Positions 25,740 to 37,383 of a stretch of 64,000 bases of DNA are shown here, in pieces. The stretch is taken from assembly GCA_010015585.1 (NCBI GenBank), contig ML975178.1; one strand, written 5' to 3'. The stretch's first letter is position 1; each line of letters opens with the position of its first letter. The stretch is from Eremomyces bilateralis CBS 781.70 (taxonomy: Eukaryota). Under the pieces are notes generated by a model. It saw only the letters and a list, made by a program, of their open reading frames with translations, made no database searches and was not told the origin of the DNA. Position numbers and translations under genes: made by a program.

Positions 25740-27803
25740 TATGGGAGGTGGTTAGGGGATTTCTCTCCCGTGGCCACCGGGACTATGGGAGGAGGAGGAA
25801 GGGTTTCGGAGGATGAGTGAGGGTCCGGTGAGGGTCCAGGAAGGGTCTTCTGCTCTGATGGCGAACGAGAGGATCGGAAGTGAAGGACGGCGCAGAAATG
25901 CGACACAGGAGAAAATTCAAATAGCAAATATCAATTCGAACGATCAAAACTTCGCAGCCACCGTGCCATAAAGGATGAGGATGTGGTTTTGTTGTAAAGA
26001 TTAAGATCAGAGGTGTTGTTCCTTATTTAGACTAGGAGGAGGCAAAGGCGTATGTCAGCGAAAACCGCGGCGCTGTGGGGGAGCGTCTCTTCCGCCAAAC
26101 CCGGCGGTTCGACAGATTGCCCGTACAACGGAAAGAGGGCAACGATTCACAATTCACAGGTTCCTGCAGGAGTCCACAACACAAACGAGTGGTGATGCGA
26201 GAACGTGTGATGGATGTGTTATGTGTTCGCGTGCTCGGTTTACGGTTGGAGGCACGGGACTTGCATTCACGGAACGACCAGAACACGGAATAGTGAAGGG
26301 TGGAGATGGGTCAGACTTTCAAGCAACGATACGACTGAGACCAGAACGATGGAATTCCCACCATGGAGTGTCGAATACGAGTGAAGGTATTAGTGTATGA
26401 GCCTCTTCCTTCCTTACAAAGCCGAGAACCCCAGCGTCGTCAGAGAGACGAGGCTGAGCAACCGTTGGTTGTAATGCTCGAATCGGGCTGCGTGCTGCAG
26501 TTAGCGTCGCAAAATCCGTGCGAACCGAAGGATGGAATGTTTATTCCTGTCGGGTGAGCCAATGATCGACAGAAGATCCAGGCCTCCCATGTTAAATTGG
26601 ACAGGATTGGGGGCATGAGAGTATGAGACAGTGAGACTTTGAGACGCGGTCTGTCAGTCTGTAACACAGGGGAGTATGGATGGGACTTGGGATGCCTTCC
26701 CTCAAGTCTCTGACCGTCGGATTACTATTTAGACTTTCCGGTTGCTTGGCTGATGGCGCGGAGAGAGGGACTTCCACTTCGGATACAGATAATAGAAGAG
26801 TTATCGCATAAACCCGCAAACTGGTGATACTTCAAGGAGCATCCAGTAGGCAGAGGAAGCTGGCACGCTGGATGCCGTAGGTGGCGTTTCTCTGTTATAT
26901 CCGTCTTTAGTACCCATTGTTCCCCCTCTACCAGACTCTACATAGTAAGTCTCTATGCCCTATTTCCATTCGAGCGAACCCCAAGTAACCATATTACCAT
27001 AATTCATCATCTGCCCCCTCTACATTATTTCCGCCCCCATGGCGCAGCGTGCTGTGTGAGGCGTGAGCAAGACATATCTCACTACCCAATGCGGTTAGCC
27101 TCCAGGCCGCGTGTCCCGTGCCCACCCCAACTCCAGACGCTCCGCATCTTCATCCACCACCGCTTCCTGCATCCATCCAACTCCGAGATCAAACGTCACC
27201 ACTACCCCTTAGCAGTTAGCATATCTTGGCTCCATCGGTCTGCCAAGACGGTCATGATGTTCGTTCGTGGGGAAGTCGGCGGATCAGGATACCAAGATCG
27301 GAGATCTCAGGCATAGGGGCAATGCCGACGGTGAACTTTTCCGGAAGTATGCACGGAGAACGAGGGAAACATGGTGGAACCATGGGCTCGGCGAGCTGGG
27401 TTGGAGAACCGCGTGGAACTGCGCTTGGTAGTCCGGTGGGTAGGTAAGTATCGTATATTATACCCCGACCGGAGGAGTGTTCCTCTTCCGTATCACACCA
27501 TCGTCTCCCTCGGAACATTGAAATCTGCATGGAATTGATATCTCGCACTGTAACTAATTACCCGCGCTACCGAATAAATCCAGCAGTAAATCTCCTGGTC
27601 CGTACGTTCTCGAACAGAACCCATCATCGTATCCAATACTGCAACGACCCATATGTCCTCCGTAATCATATCACATAATCAACCACATCGTGCTCCTCTC
27701 TCGATCTCCTCGGACAATGGCTTGAGGAATGACATAGCGCCATCACCACCACTGATACGAACCAGTCGAGCTCCCCATGTCGCATCGGATCGAAGGGGGA
27801 TGC

Positions 27804-30409
27804 TTATTTCTTGCTCTGTTTCACCGTCTCGATGATCTTGTCGACGACGCTAGGGTCGCTCAGCTGTAGGACGCGTCAGTTAGTATCGTACTTGTAAACG
27901 GAAAGCTCGAAAACAGGTTGAAATGGGAAGGAAAAGCGATGGAGGAGAGGGGATGGAGAAAGGAGGCAATGCAAGCAATGCCGTCCAGCGAAGTCCGTAT
28001 CACATGGATAGCGATATGCTCTCCACAGCAAATCAACCCCTCTCATCCCATCAGTAACAAAAACCAAAACCACTCACCGTACTCGTATCTCCCAATTGAT
28101 CCTCCTCCCCGGCTACAATCTTCCTCAAAATCCTCCGCATGATCTTCCCGCTCCTCGTTTTCGGCAAGTCCGGCACCACGAAAATCGCCTTCGGCGCCGC
28201 GAACGGCCCGATGCTCTTCCGCACCTGCAGCGTCAGCTCCTTCTTGATCGCGTCCGTCTCGATGCCGTCTTTGAGTGCCACGAAGGCGTTGATCGCTTGG
28301 CCGGTCAGTTCGTCCGCGACGCCGACGACGGCGGATTCCGCGACGGAGTCTACGAGGGGTTAGTTTTAGTAGGGTGGAAAGGGGGGGAGGGGAGACGTAC
28401 GGTGCTCGAGGAGGGCGGCTTCGATTTCGGCGGTGGAGAGGCGGTGGCCGGAGACGTTGATGACATCGTCGACACGGCCGCGGATCCAGTAGTAGCCTTC
28501 ATGATCGCGACCTGCGCCGTCGCCAGTGAACTAGATCCGCGAAACACATCAGTGAGATTCCCCGTAGCGATCGGAAACGTGGACTTACGTAGTATCCCGG
28601 GTACACGCTCATGTAGGTGTCCATGTATCGCTTGTGGGCGCCCCACACCGTGCGCGCCATGCTCGGCCATGGCTTCTTGAACGCCAACACGCCCTCGACA
28701 TCGTTGCCGGGGATTTCCTCGCCGGAGACGGGGTCGATTATCGCGGGCTCGATGCCAAAGAAGGGGAGGGACGCGCTGCCGGGTTTGGTCGGAGTGATGC
28801 CGCCCAGGGGGGTGACGACGTGGGAGCCGGTCTCGGTTTGCCAGTAAGTCTGCGCATTGTCAGCAGTGGTCTAAGGCGAGGTAACATGAGAGGGAACGTA
28901 CATCAACGACATGAGCCTCCTCCTTCCCAACGATCTCGAAATACCATTTCCACACCTCCGCCGCGATCGGCTCGCCGACCGACCCGAGCACGCGCAGCGT
29001 CTTCATCTGATGCTTCACGTGATGGTCACCGGCGCGCTTGAGGAGGCGCAGCGCGGTGGGAGCGACGTAGAACTGCGTGACGCCGTGCTTCTCGATGACG
29101 TCCCAGTAGCGGGAGAAGTTGGGGTACGCGGGGGTGCCCTCGAAGACGACGGTAGCGACGCCCAGCAGCAGCGGCGCGTACACGACGTAGGTGTGGCCAG
29201 TGATCCAGCCAACGTCGCCGCCGCAGAAGAAGACGTCGCTAGGGTGGATGTCGAAGACGTATTTGCCGGTCATCGCAGCGCCGAGGAGGTATCCACCCGT
29301 GGTATGCATGATGCCCTTCGGCTTGCCCGTCGAGCCCGAGGTGTACAGCAAGAACAGCGGATCTTCCGAGCTCATGCTCACCGGCGGCAGATAGCTGGGC
29401 CACTTATCCTTCTCCTCATGCCACCACCAATCCCGCCCCTTCGTCCACGGCACCTCTGCCCCGGTGCGCTGATACACCAGCACATGGCTCACATCCGGGC
29501 ATCCCTTCAACGCCTCGTCCACGATCTTCTTCGTCCCAATGACCTTCCCTCCGCGCTTCCCCTCATCCGTCGTGATGACGACCTTGCTCTGCGCATCCAC
29601 GATGCGGTCCCGCAGCGAGTCGGACGAGAACCCCGCGAACACGACCGAGTGCACGGCGCCGATGCGCGCGCATGCCAGGAACGCGATCGCCGCCTCGGGG
29701 ATCATCGGCAGGTAGATCGCCACCGTATCGCCCTTCCGCACGCCCATCTGGCGCAGGATGTAGGCGAGCCGGCTGACCTCGCGGAGGAGCTCGGCGTAGG
29801 TGAGCACGCGGCCCTCTTCAGGTTCGTCGGCCTCGTAGATGATGGCGGGCTTGTCCGGGGTGGCGAAGGCGTGGCGATCGACGCAGTTGTAGGAGGCATT
29901 GAGGCGGCCTTCGAGGAACCAGGCGTTGTCACCGTTCGCGAGGCTGCCGGAGTAGACGGTTTGGAAGTCGCGTTCCCAGGAGAGGAGCTCCCGGGCCATG
30001 CGCGCCCAGAAGACATGGGGTTCGTCGATGGATTCTTTGTAGAGCTTTTGGTAGTGTTCGAGGGATTCGAGATGGGGTTTTCCGGGGTGTTTGCTGGGGA
30101 AGGTTAGTTTTAGATGCTAGGAAATATCGATATCATTTTGCGAGATCGTATACTGATCTCCAGTCTCGGTGTATCCGGATATCCAGTGGAAGGGTGGGCA
30201 TCTTCTGCATTTCATTCTTTTCCCAGGAATTCCTTGAAAACAAGACACTGGAGGAAATCTTACTCGAAAAATGCCTTGGGGACTGTGCGGTTCGCATCAG
30301 CTGAAATTCGTTTCACTGAGAATTCGAGATGGGACGGAAACATACCATGGAAAGTGTCTACATCATGGGCTTCTCCCACAACTGGCGGTTTGACATCTCC
30401 TTCAGACAT
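27804..30409 (-). CDS. facA: Acetyl-CoA synthetase (AMP-forming)
   Basis: [14 protein letters not shown]-binding loop, [17 protein letters not shown] and [12 protein letters not shown]. Starts [21 protein letters not shown], includes a 19-nt exon at 30264-30282, and ends [19 protein letters not shown]. Confidence 0.96.
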
Positions 30410-31981
30410 GATGGGCCAGAATTTACTGTATTCTCACGACTTTCCAAATTTCCACGATTTCTTCTTGTCGTCGGATCGACGGAACGTAGGGTGGGGAGTC
30501 CGTCGGGATCTGTGCCGTCAGGAGCCGCGCACTATAAATGCTCGATACGTGCGGTGAATCGAATCAATTTACGATCGGGTATAATACAGAAAGATGGCGA
30601 GGTCGGTATGAAATGGAGGAGATGGAAGAAATGGAGGACGAGGTCGAACGAAGGAGCGGACCAGCGGATTATGTATATGCTGCTAACCGGCAAATGACAA
30701 TTTCTCATTACAGATGAATGAACCAAAGGGACCAGCGACGCCTCCAGTCCCGAATTTCGATGCGATGACGGCGGCGGGGGTTGCGGGGAGCATCGCACTT
30801 TGCTTCCCATACAAACGATACAATATAACCCCAATTACCCCCTATTCTTATGTATAGATGATATCGATCTGGTAATTCCGGGTTACTACCGCCGGACAAC
30901 AAGGAATCCGGAAGGCCATGCCTCTGAGGCTGCCAATTGTGTTCCCAACTCCGAACATGGATGCACTAATCCTCCTCAATTACTCACATCGCATCCTGTC
31001 CAACTAATATGGCCCCTCCCCTCCGTCTGACTTTTGAGGCATTTCGACAGCCGATCATCGAGGATCTGGGGTTGCACAGGCGAATCCAGTAGTCTGTACA
31101 CTCTGTATACCTAGTCGTAGACTGTAGAGGCCCCCATTCAATATTTCTTGCATCTGCCAATGAGAGTGAAGGGAAGAAGCGCATCACGTCGGCCAATTCT
31201 TCGATACGAAGATCGGGCGATTTTGTAGCCGACCACGAGACCATGAATCGCCATCGATATTTCTCCATGGAGGGCGGCAGTTTCGCGATGACGTTTTGCA
31301 TTCTGGATATCGGTTCTGAGATGGTGTTGCTTACGGGGATATCTCATCGACCTTCCTCTTCCTACCCACTGTAGATGATCTCAACTTTCCTCCTCCAACC
31401 CCCGGTTCCCCGGATACTCTCGGTTCTCCAGACTCCCATCTCCAGCTTTCGCTCCGGTAGCCTCGACTCCGGTCCTAACCCTCGATCCCTCTCAGCCTTT
31501 AGTTCCGGCGGCATGCAGGTCACCCCCCAGCCACCGGATGCACCATGCCGCCAAGTTCAGCCTAACATCGGGACAGGAACGGGTCAGCGGCGAATCATAT
31601 GGGGGCTTCGCTCGGACGGGCGGGAAGATTTGGATTTTGGGGGTATATTAACCGAGCCTCCGGGAAAGGCTTAATTTCTCTATTCTGGCTTCAGTCGTGG
31701 AGGTTAGCGAGAGTTTGGATGATAATTATGAGACTTGGGTTTGGCGAAGCAATATAATGGCTACTAGGTTTGAAGGCTTAACTATCGAAGATATCCAAAT
31801 CAGGAGCCGGACGAACGGAGATCTTCGAGCAAAGAAAGCCAACCCTGGAACAGCACATCCCCGAGTCATGACTTTGATATATCAAATCCGTTGTCTATTT
31901 GACGAGTTTTATTGAACCAACCCCTATGATGGCTTATCAAGAGACAGCCAAGCAATTCCTTCTTTTCATAACTTTAAAGTA

Positions 31982-32154
31982 CAGTCAACCACCGCTATAA
32001 CGATTACCGCTACAGCGATATTCGCGTTATAGCGATAAGATTCCCTGCACGGATTCTCAATCAATGCTGCCAAGAAAATTCGTTTTAGCGATATCCGCGT
32101 TATAACGATTGGATTCGCCTGTACTGTTTCAATCGTTATAGCGAAGGTTGACTG
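31982..32154. mobile_element. 173-bp MITE of Tc1/mariner-pogo type
   Basis: 24-bp terminal inverted repeats CAGTCAACCACCGCTATAACGATT and (reverse complement) CAGTCAACCTTCGCTATAACGATT with 2 mismatches; TA at 31980-31981 and 32155-32156; no ORF. Confidence 0.92.
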
Positions 32155-32619
32155 TAGATGGAAACAAGTCTCTTCGATAGCTCTTTGTCAAGTTGATTTT
32201 CCTGCCCATTTCCTCGTTCATACGAGTCCTATCACAATCATCAGATATCTAGTCCAATATTTGGAGGGTCTATTTTATTTGTTTGTTGTTAGTATCATTC
32301 AATCCATCTATACCTTGCAATTTCCTTCTCTGAGCTCGATACAAACATGCTTGAAACTAGTACTGGATTCAAAGGTAGGATGGCGATAAGCATAGTAAAA
32401 CACGTGGACTCGGACACTCCTAGAAGGATCAAGCTTCCATACTTCATTCAACCACAGTGATAAAGGGTCCTTGGAAAGTGTATAACACTTTTTTAATGGT
32501 GTATTCCTGCATGTTCTCCAAATGTTTGCTCGCAAAGTCCTTACATCGGTGTCTTCAACACGTTCTTGGGGTTTTTAGAAGCGATATTGGTCGGTGATAG
32601 TGGTAATGTGTTCCTGCCC

Positions 32620-32872
32620 CATGCAGACGACTTGATGATCGAGTGCGGGCGTTCACATCTCTTGGTGCATAAGAGGGCTGTCCTGCACCAGTCATGCGTC
32701 CTTGCAGTAGCCTTAAAACACGGCTTTAAGGTTAGATTGGTAGCGTGTATAAAGTCGAAATATGTACTTACTGTGTGTGGTTAGCAGTCGCAGACCAACA
32801 GGATCGTAATCATGGAGTTCGACGACCATTTAGTGGCGGAGATGATTGAGTTCCTATACTATGGCACCTACA
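32620..32872 (+). pseudogene. BTB/POZ-domain gene fragment, probably degenerate
   Basis: Splicing out 32731-32784 gives DLMIECGRSHLLVHKRAVLHQSCVLAVALKHGFK-QSQTNRIVIMEFDDHLVAEMIEFLYYGTY, matching the fungal BTB pattern (D..I.....VH....S..F..GFKES...D...V..M.EFLY...Y). No clean continuation is visible. Confidence 0.6.
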
Positions 32873-33595
32873 CAAGAGGGCTGCGCTATATGTTGTGGAA
32901 GAATGAACGGCTTTGCCACGTCCTGTTAAGGTGGTCGAAGAGAACGAGTTTAGTAAGGTCACCCTTACTCTTCCTTCACTTCAAGTTTGAACACCTAGGT
33001 ATAATTGTACGAACAGTAGATATGGACCGGACCAGGAGTTTACCGGAAGTCGCATCCTTAGGAGATGTGATCGGCTAGATTCCAAATTTAAGTCTCATTT
33101 GTATCATCATCACCGTCCGCCATAAGGGCGTGTTTGATGGGAGTTGGCGATCACTGGAACGAAATACAATAGGACTGCATTGATGTTATGATGGGAACGC
33201 ACATATTTCCAAGCAAGGTTATTATTAACCGGATGACCTCGAATGAGGATAACTCTACTGTGTTGTATGCATGTGGCTTGTATCTGTCGTTAATTAAGGT
33301 CGACTTTCCACCTGAGGCCGTTTGATAGGAATTGATTGAAGCACGTGATCCGGACCGGGATTCCGTCCAACATCTGGGGACGGGATATTCCCCAACATCC
33401 TCTAAAAGTTCCACATCGACAGCTCCACACCATCATATCTATCTCCTTTCCTTTCCTCACCTTCGTTTAACCATATTGAGTTGAATGTGATCTTCTTTTT
33501 TTTCTTCTCCTCCCCACATCCTCCCTATATCATTTAAACCCCAGACCTTCCCACCCCATTCCCTCACCGATCGCGTCTCCTATCCCCTCCCAACC

Positions 33596-34770
33596 ATGCC
33601 TCGCATCAACATCCCCCCTTTAACCCGCCTCTTCCTCGCCGTGCTCACCCTCCTCACCATCCTCAACGCCATCGCCCGCCCCCTCTACACCCTCGAACGT
33701 ACAGGCTTCTCTACCAACACCCCCGGAGGCGCCCCGTATCTCTGCATTGTGCCCGGCGTGTCGATCGTGTATCCCTGGACGGCTGCGACGTCCGCGTTGG
33801 TGGAGCAGAACCTCTTCGGGCTGCTGATCGCGGGAATGATGTTGTTCTTCGGCGGGCGGTATTTGGAGCGGGCGTGGGGCGGGAAGGAGTTCGTAAAGTT
33901 TATGTTGTTTGCGGGCATGTTGCCGAATATTGGGGTGTGGATAGGGAGCGTCGTCTGGTATATGTTGACGAAAGACGTCGATGCTCTGTAAGTCGATTCT
34001 CCGGCCCTCCGTCTGCTAGAGTTTAAAGGGTTTTGCTGACTATCCCCAGAACCACCACCATCTCCGGCACCGCCGCCCTCCAAGCCGCCTTCCTCGTTGC
34101 CTTCAAACAACTCGTCCCCGAACACACCGTCTCCCTCTTCCGCTCCCTCCTCCGCATTCGTGTCAAACACTTCCCGGCCCTCTACCTCCTCCTCTCCCTC
34201 CTCTCCTCCCTCGTCTTCCTCCACCTCTCCACCTTCTTTCTCTCCCTCCTCGGCTTCCTCGTTGCCTGGACCTACCTCCGCTTCTTCCGCCTCTCTCCCT
34301 CCCTCGCCGCCACCGCTACCGGCGACCTCTCCACCATCAAGGGCGATCCCTCCGACACCTTCAGCTTCGCCAGCTTCTTCCCGGACGCCGTGCAGCCGCC
34401 CATCGCCGCCGTCGCGGACCCACTGTACGAGCTCCTCGTCTCCGTACGGGTCTGCGCGCCATTTAGCGCCGAGGATATCGAGATGGGGAACGAGCAGGCG
34501 CAGGCGCGCGCGGACGGCGGGTTGCCAGGTTTGATGAATCCGAATGGGGTGGGTCGCGCGGGGATGGGGGCGCGTAGGGAAGAGGCGGAGAGGAGGAGGG
34601 CGTTGGCGCTGAAGGCGTTGGATCAACGGTTGAATGCGGCGGTGGCGGGGCAGGCGGCGGGAGTGGGTGGAGGAGCGGGGAGGGTGCCGCAGAATGTGAC
34701 GCCGGTGGTGAGTGAGAGTGTGGGTGGAGGGGCGGCGGTTGCGGAGAAGGTTGCGGCGGCGGAGAGTTGA
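33596..34770 (+). CDS. TMEM115-like rhomboid-superfamily Golgi membrane protein (DUF1751)
   Basis: GRYLERAWGGKEF, AFKQLVPEHTV, WTYLRFF, GDPSDTFSFASFFP and AERRRALALKALDQRL; one intron ~33988-34049. Confidence 0.87.
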
Positions 34771-35322
34771 AGCTAAGGGACTTGGGACTGGTATAACGAG
34801 GTGGTTTGGTGGCTTACATCTCTGAAACGGGCGTTGGGATCTGTTTGGGTTTGATGGTTGATGTATTGAACGCTTGCGAGCGGTTGGGCTTGGGTTTAGA
34901 TGTACATTACGGCCCTTGTTGATATCCCGTCGCATGACCCCGGCGTATCGGCGAAACATTGGCGATGCCGTCCAGCCTTGGAATTTAACGTCTTCAAAAC
35001 ATGTTATCTTTCATTGAGTATCAGGAGGCTCCCATCCCGAAAGCGTGATGCACTGTAGGAGCTACCGATTGAAAGAGAAAAGTAAATTCCATTGCAGAGC
35101 ATCGGGGGTGCGGATTCGGGATCTGATCATACAAGAGAAACTCCTTCCCTGTGGCCAAACCCGGATATAGAACGCCTTTCCCCGGTCGCGTGTCCCTGAA
35201 GTCTCTTCAGCCCTCGAGCCGACGGGACAGCTCAAATGCAATGCCTCTGGATGATAGTACATCCAACCCACCACTTCACCGCCTGTCGCGCTATCAAATG
35301 CGAATCCCAGCAATCCAACCCC

Positions 35323-36593
35323 TTAATCCGCCTCCCCCGCCGTCGCGGTACTCGCATTATCTGCGCCATTCGCCTCCTCCACCACATCACTCACCACGCT
35401 CCCCTCCTTCATCAACTTCATCTTCTTCCTCGGCGCCTCCCCCTCCTCTTCCCTTTCCCGCTTCCCAGTCCCCCCGTTCGCCTCCCCGCTCCCACCACCC
35501 CCCTTCGTTCCCCCCGGCTTAATCGTCAACTTAATCCCGGATCCTTTCTGCTCCCGCCGCGCTAACCCACTCCCCACCCCATTCCGCTTCTTCTTCGGCC
35601 CGCGCACCTCTTCCTCGTCGTCGTCGCCACCCCGCTTCGGCGCCGGGCTGCCCGTCCGGCTGCTCGCCCCGAGCGGCGTGCTGGACCCCGTGCCCGCGGC
35701 GCCGCTCATCCGCGCCATCGCGTTGCGGCTCGACGCGCGGCCTCCGATGCCCAGACACTTGTCGAGGTGTTGGGCGAACCGGGTGATCAGCAAGCTGCGT
35801 TTGCAGTTCGGGCAGGTGTGCCAGGGGATGTAGTGGGCGGGTTTCCCGCTGCCGGCGCCGATTTTCTGGATGGCGGCTGCGGTGATGGCGGCGGCGCCGT
35901 TGCCGTTAGGGCCGTGGGGATCTTTTTCGTCCGGGGTGTGTTGGCCGGTCTCAGTGTTCTGGCTGCCGGGTGTGCCATCCTTCTCGGCGCGGGCCTGTTG
36001 CTTGAGGAGCTCGCGCTCCTTCTTGGTGCGGGCCGGGTCGGTGGGGAAGGGGTTGCCGTAGACGTCGTGGCCGGGCATATTGATAAAGGGGTGGAGGGAG
36101 CAGAAGGAGGCGGAGAGGTCGGGGGTGCGGGAGTTGTGGCCCAGAAGGGGGTATTGGAGGCGGGGTTGGCGGCATTGCGGGCAGTAGATGTCGGGGGTGG
36201 TTTTGAGGGGGTTGTCTTTGAGGGTGACCTTGCCGTTCTCGTAGACGGCGCCGTCGGTCTCCACGCGGACTTGGGGGGGTTGGCCTTGGGTGAGGGCGCT
36301 GTTCTTGGCGGAGGGGGCGTCGTTGGCGGCGGTGGCTTGAGCGTGATTGATGGCTTGGACGGCGGCGGAGTTCATGCGGAGGATCTTCTCGGAGCGGTGG
36401 GTGGAGAGGACGATGTCGTGGATGATGTTGTGGAGGCAATCCTCGAGGATGCTAGTGGCCTACGTGGGTTAGTTGATGGCAAACGGATGGGGCTTGAGAG
36501 GTGTACCAGGCCAGCCATGCTACTTTCTCTAACTTGGATTATCTGTGTCCCGTTCTGGACGGGTGACCCTTGATGTCTGCTTCCTTCAGCCAT
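35323..36593 (-). CDS. SGF11: SAGA deubiquitination module subunit Sgf11
   Basis: Zinc finger CPNCKRSLLITRFAQHLDKCLG; N-terminal helix SILEDCLHNIIHDIVLSTHRSEK after the first intron. Confidence 0.88.
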
Positions 36594-37383
36594 AATGTAA
36601 GGAACTAGAGTGTGGAGGTGTGGATGTGATGTGACCGTCGGAGGATATATGTAGGAAAAGTGAAGGCGAACAAAAGTCCAACCGTTACGGCTCACTCGAT
36701 CTCGTCATCGAAATCCAGCCGTCCAATGCAGTCGGTATAATCCCACCTCGCCTCTGCGTGGAAATTGCCAGGGACCAAATATCGGGGACGATAATTTCTG
36801 AACGGTCGTACAGCGTCTCAAGACCGAGAAATCAGACGCACTACAACAAGCTGCCACTTCGTTCTGCAACCAGTTTTCGTCCGCCCACCGGTGTCAGGCT
36901 TGACGAACGCTCAAATCCCCCTCGAGTGGGTATCGCGACAACTCACGCACAGCCGGTTGCTGTTGCGTCCATCTATCTCGTGGTTCGGTGATGTACCAGG
37001 CACATATCCCGCGGCAGTTCGTCGAGGCGTTGGGAGGGGGGTGTCGAAGTCCTTGAGGTAGGGCGTCGGGTAAAGATAGGAAGACCTCTCACACGGATCC
37101 AATATGGTCGTTCCAGCGGTTTTCGGGGGTTCAACCTGTTGTCTGGTCGATCGCGGAGATATCACTTCGGTCCAGATCTACAGGAGATGCTCGGAGTTGG
37201 TGTAGGCCTTGTCGCCTGAGGCCTCCTCACAAGTCGCCTGGTCCAGGGCCCATGCAATTTACGTGCAGCAAGCTGAGACGCCACCCGCCGATCAACGCCT
37301 GGGCACTCCTTGATCATCGAGGCTGGAGATATAATCGGACGAATTGTGAGGCTGATAGCTATAAACTTAGAGACTAGCTACTA

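Noticed and set aside
28911..30107. 398-aa plus-strand ORF
   Set aside because: Antisense shadow of acetyl-CoA synthetase
30095..30263. Short stems in ACS intron 2 (GAGATC/GATCTC; CTCCAGT/ACTGGAG) as a riboswitch-like structure
   Set aside because: Stems of only 6-7 bp, and no TPP aptamer consensus recognised
33685..34959. 424-aa minus-strand ORF
   Set aside because: Antisense shadow of the TMEM115-like gene; its composition reflects the skew tracts
36700..37330. RNase P/MRP RNA or a small gene next to POP1
   Set aside because: No conserved CR-I/CR-V RNA motifs or protein domain recognised
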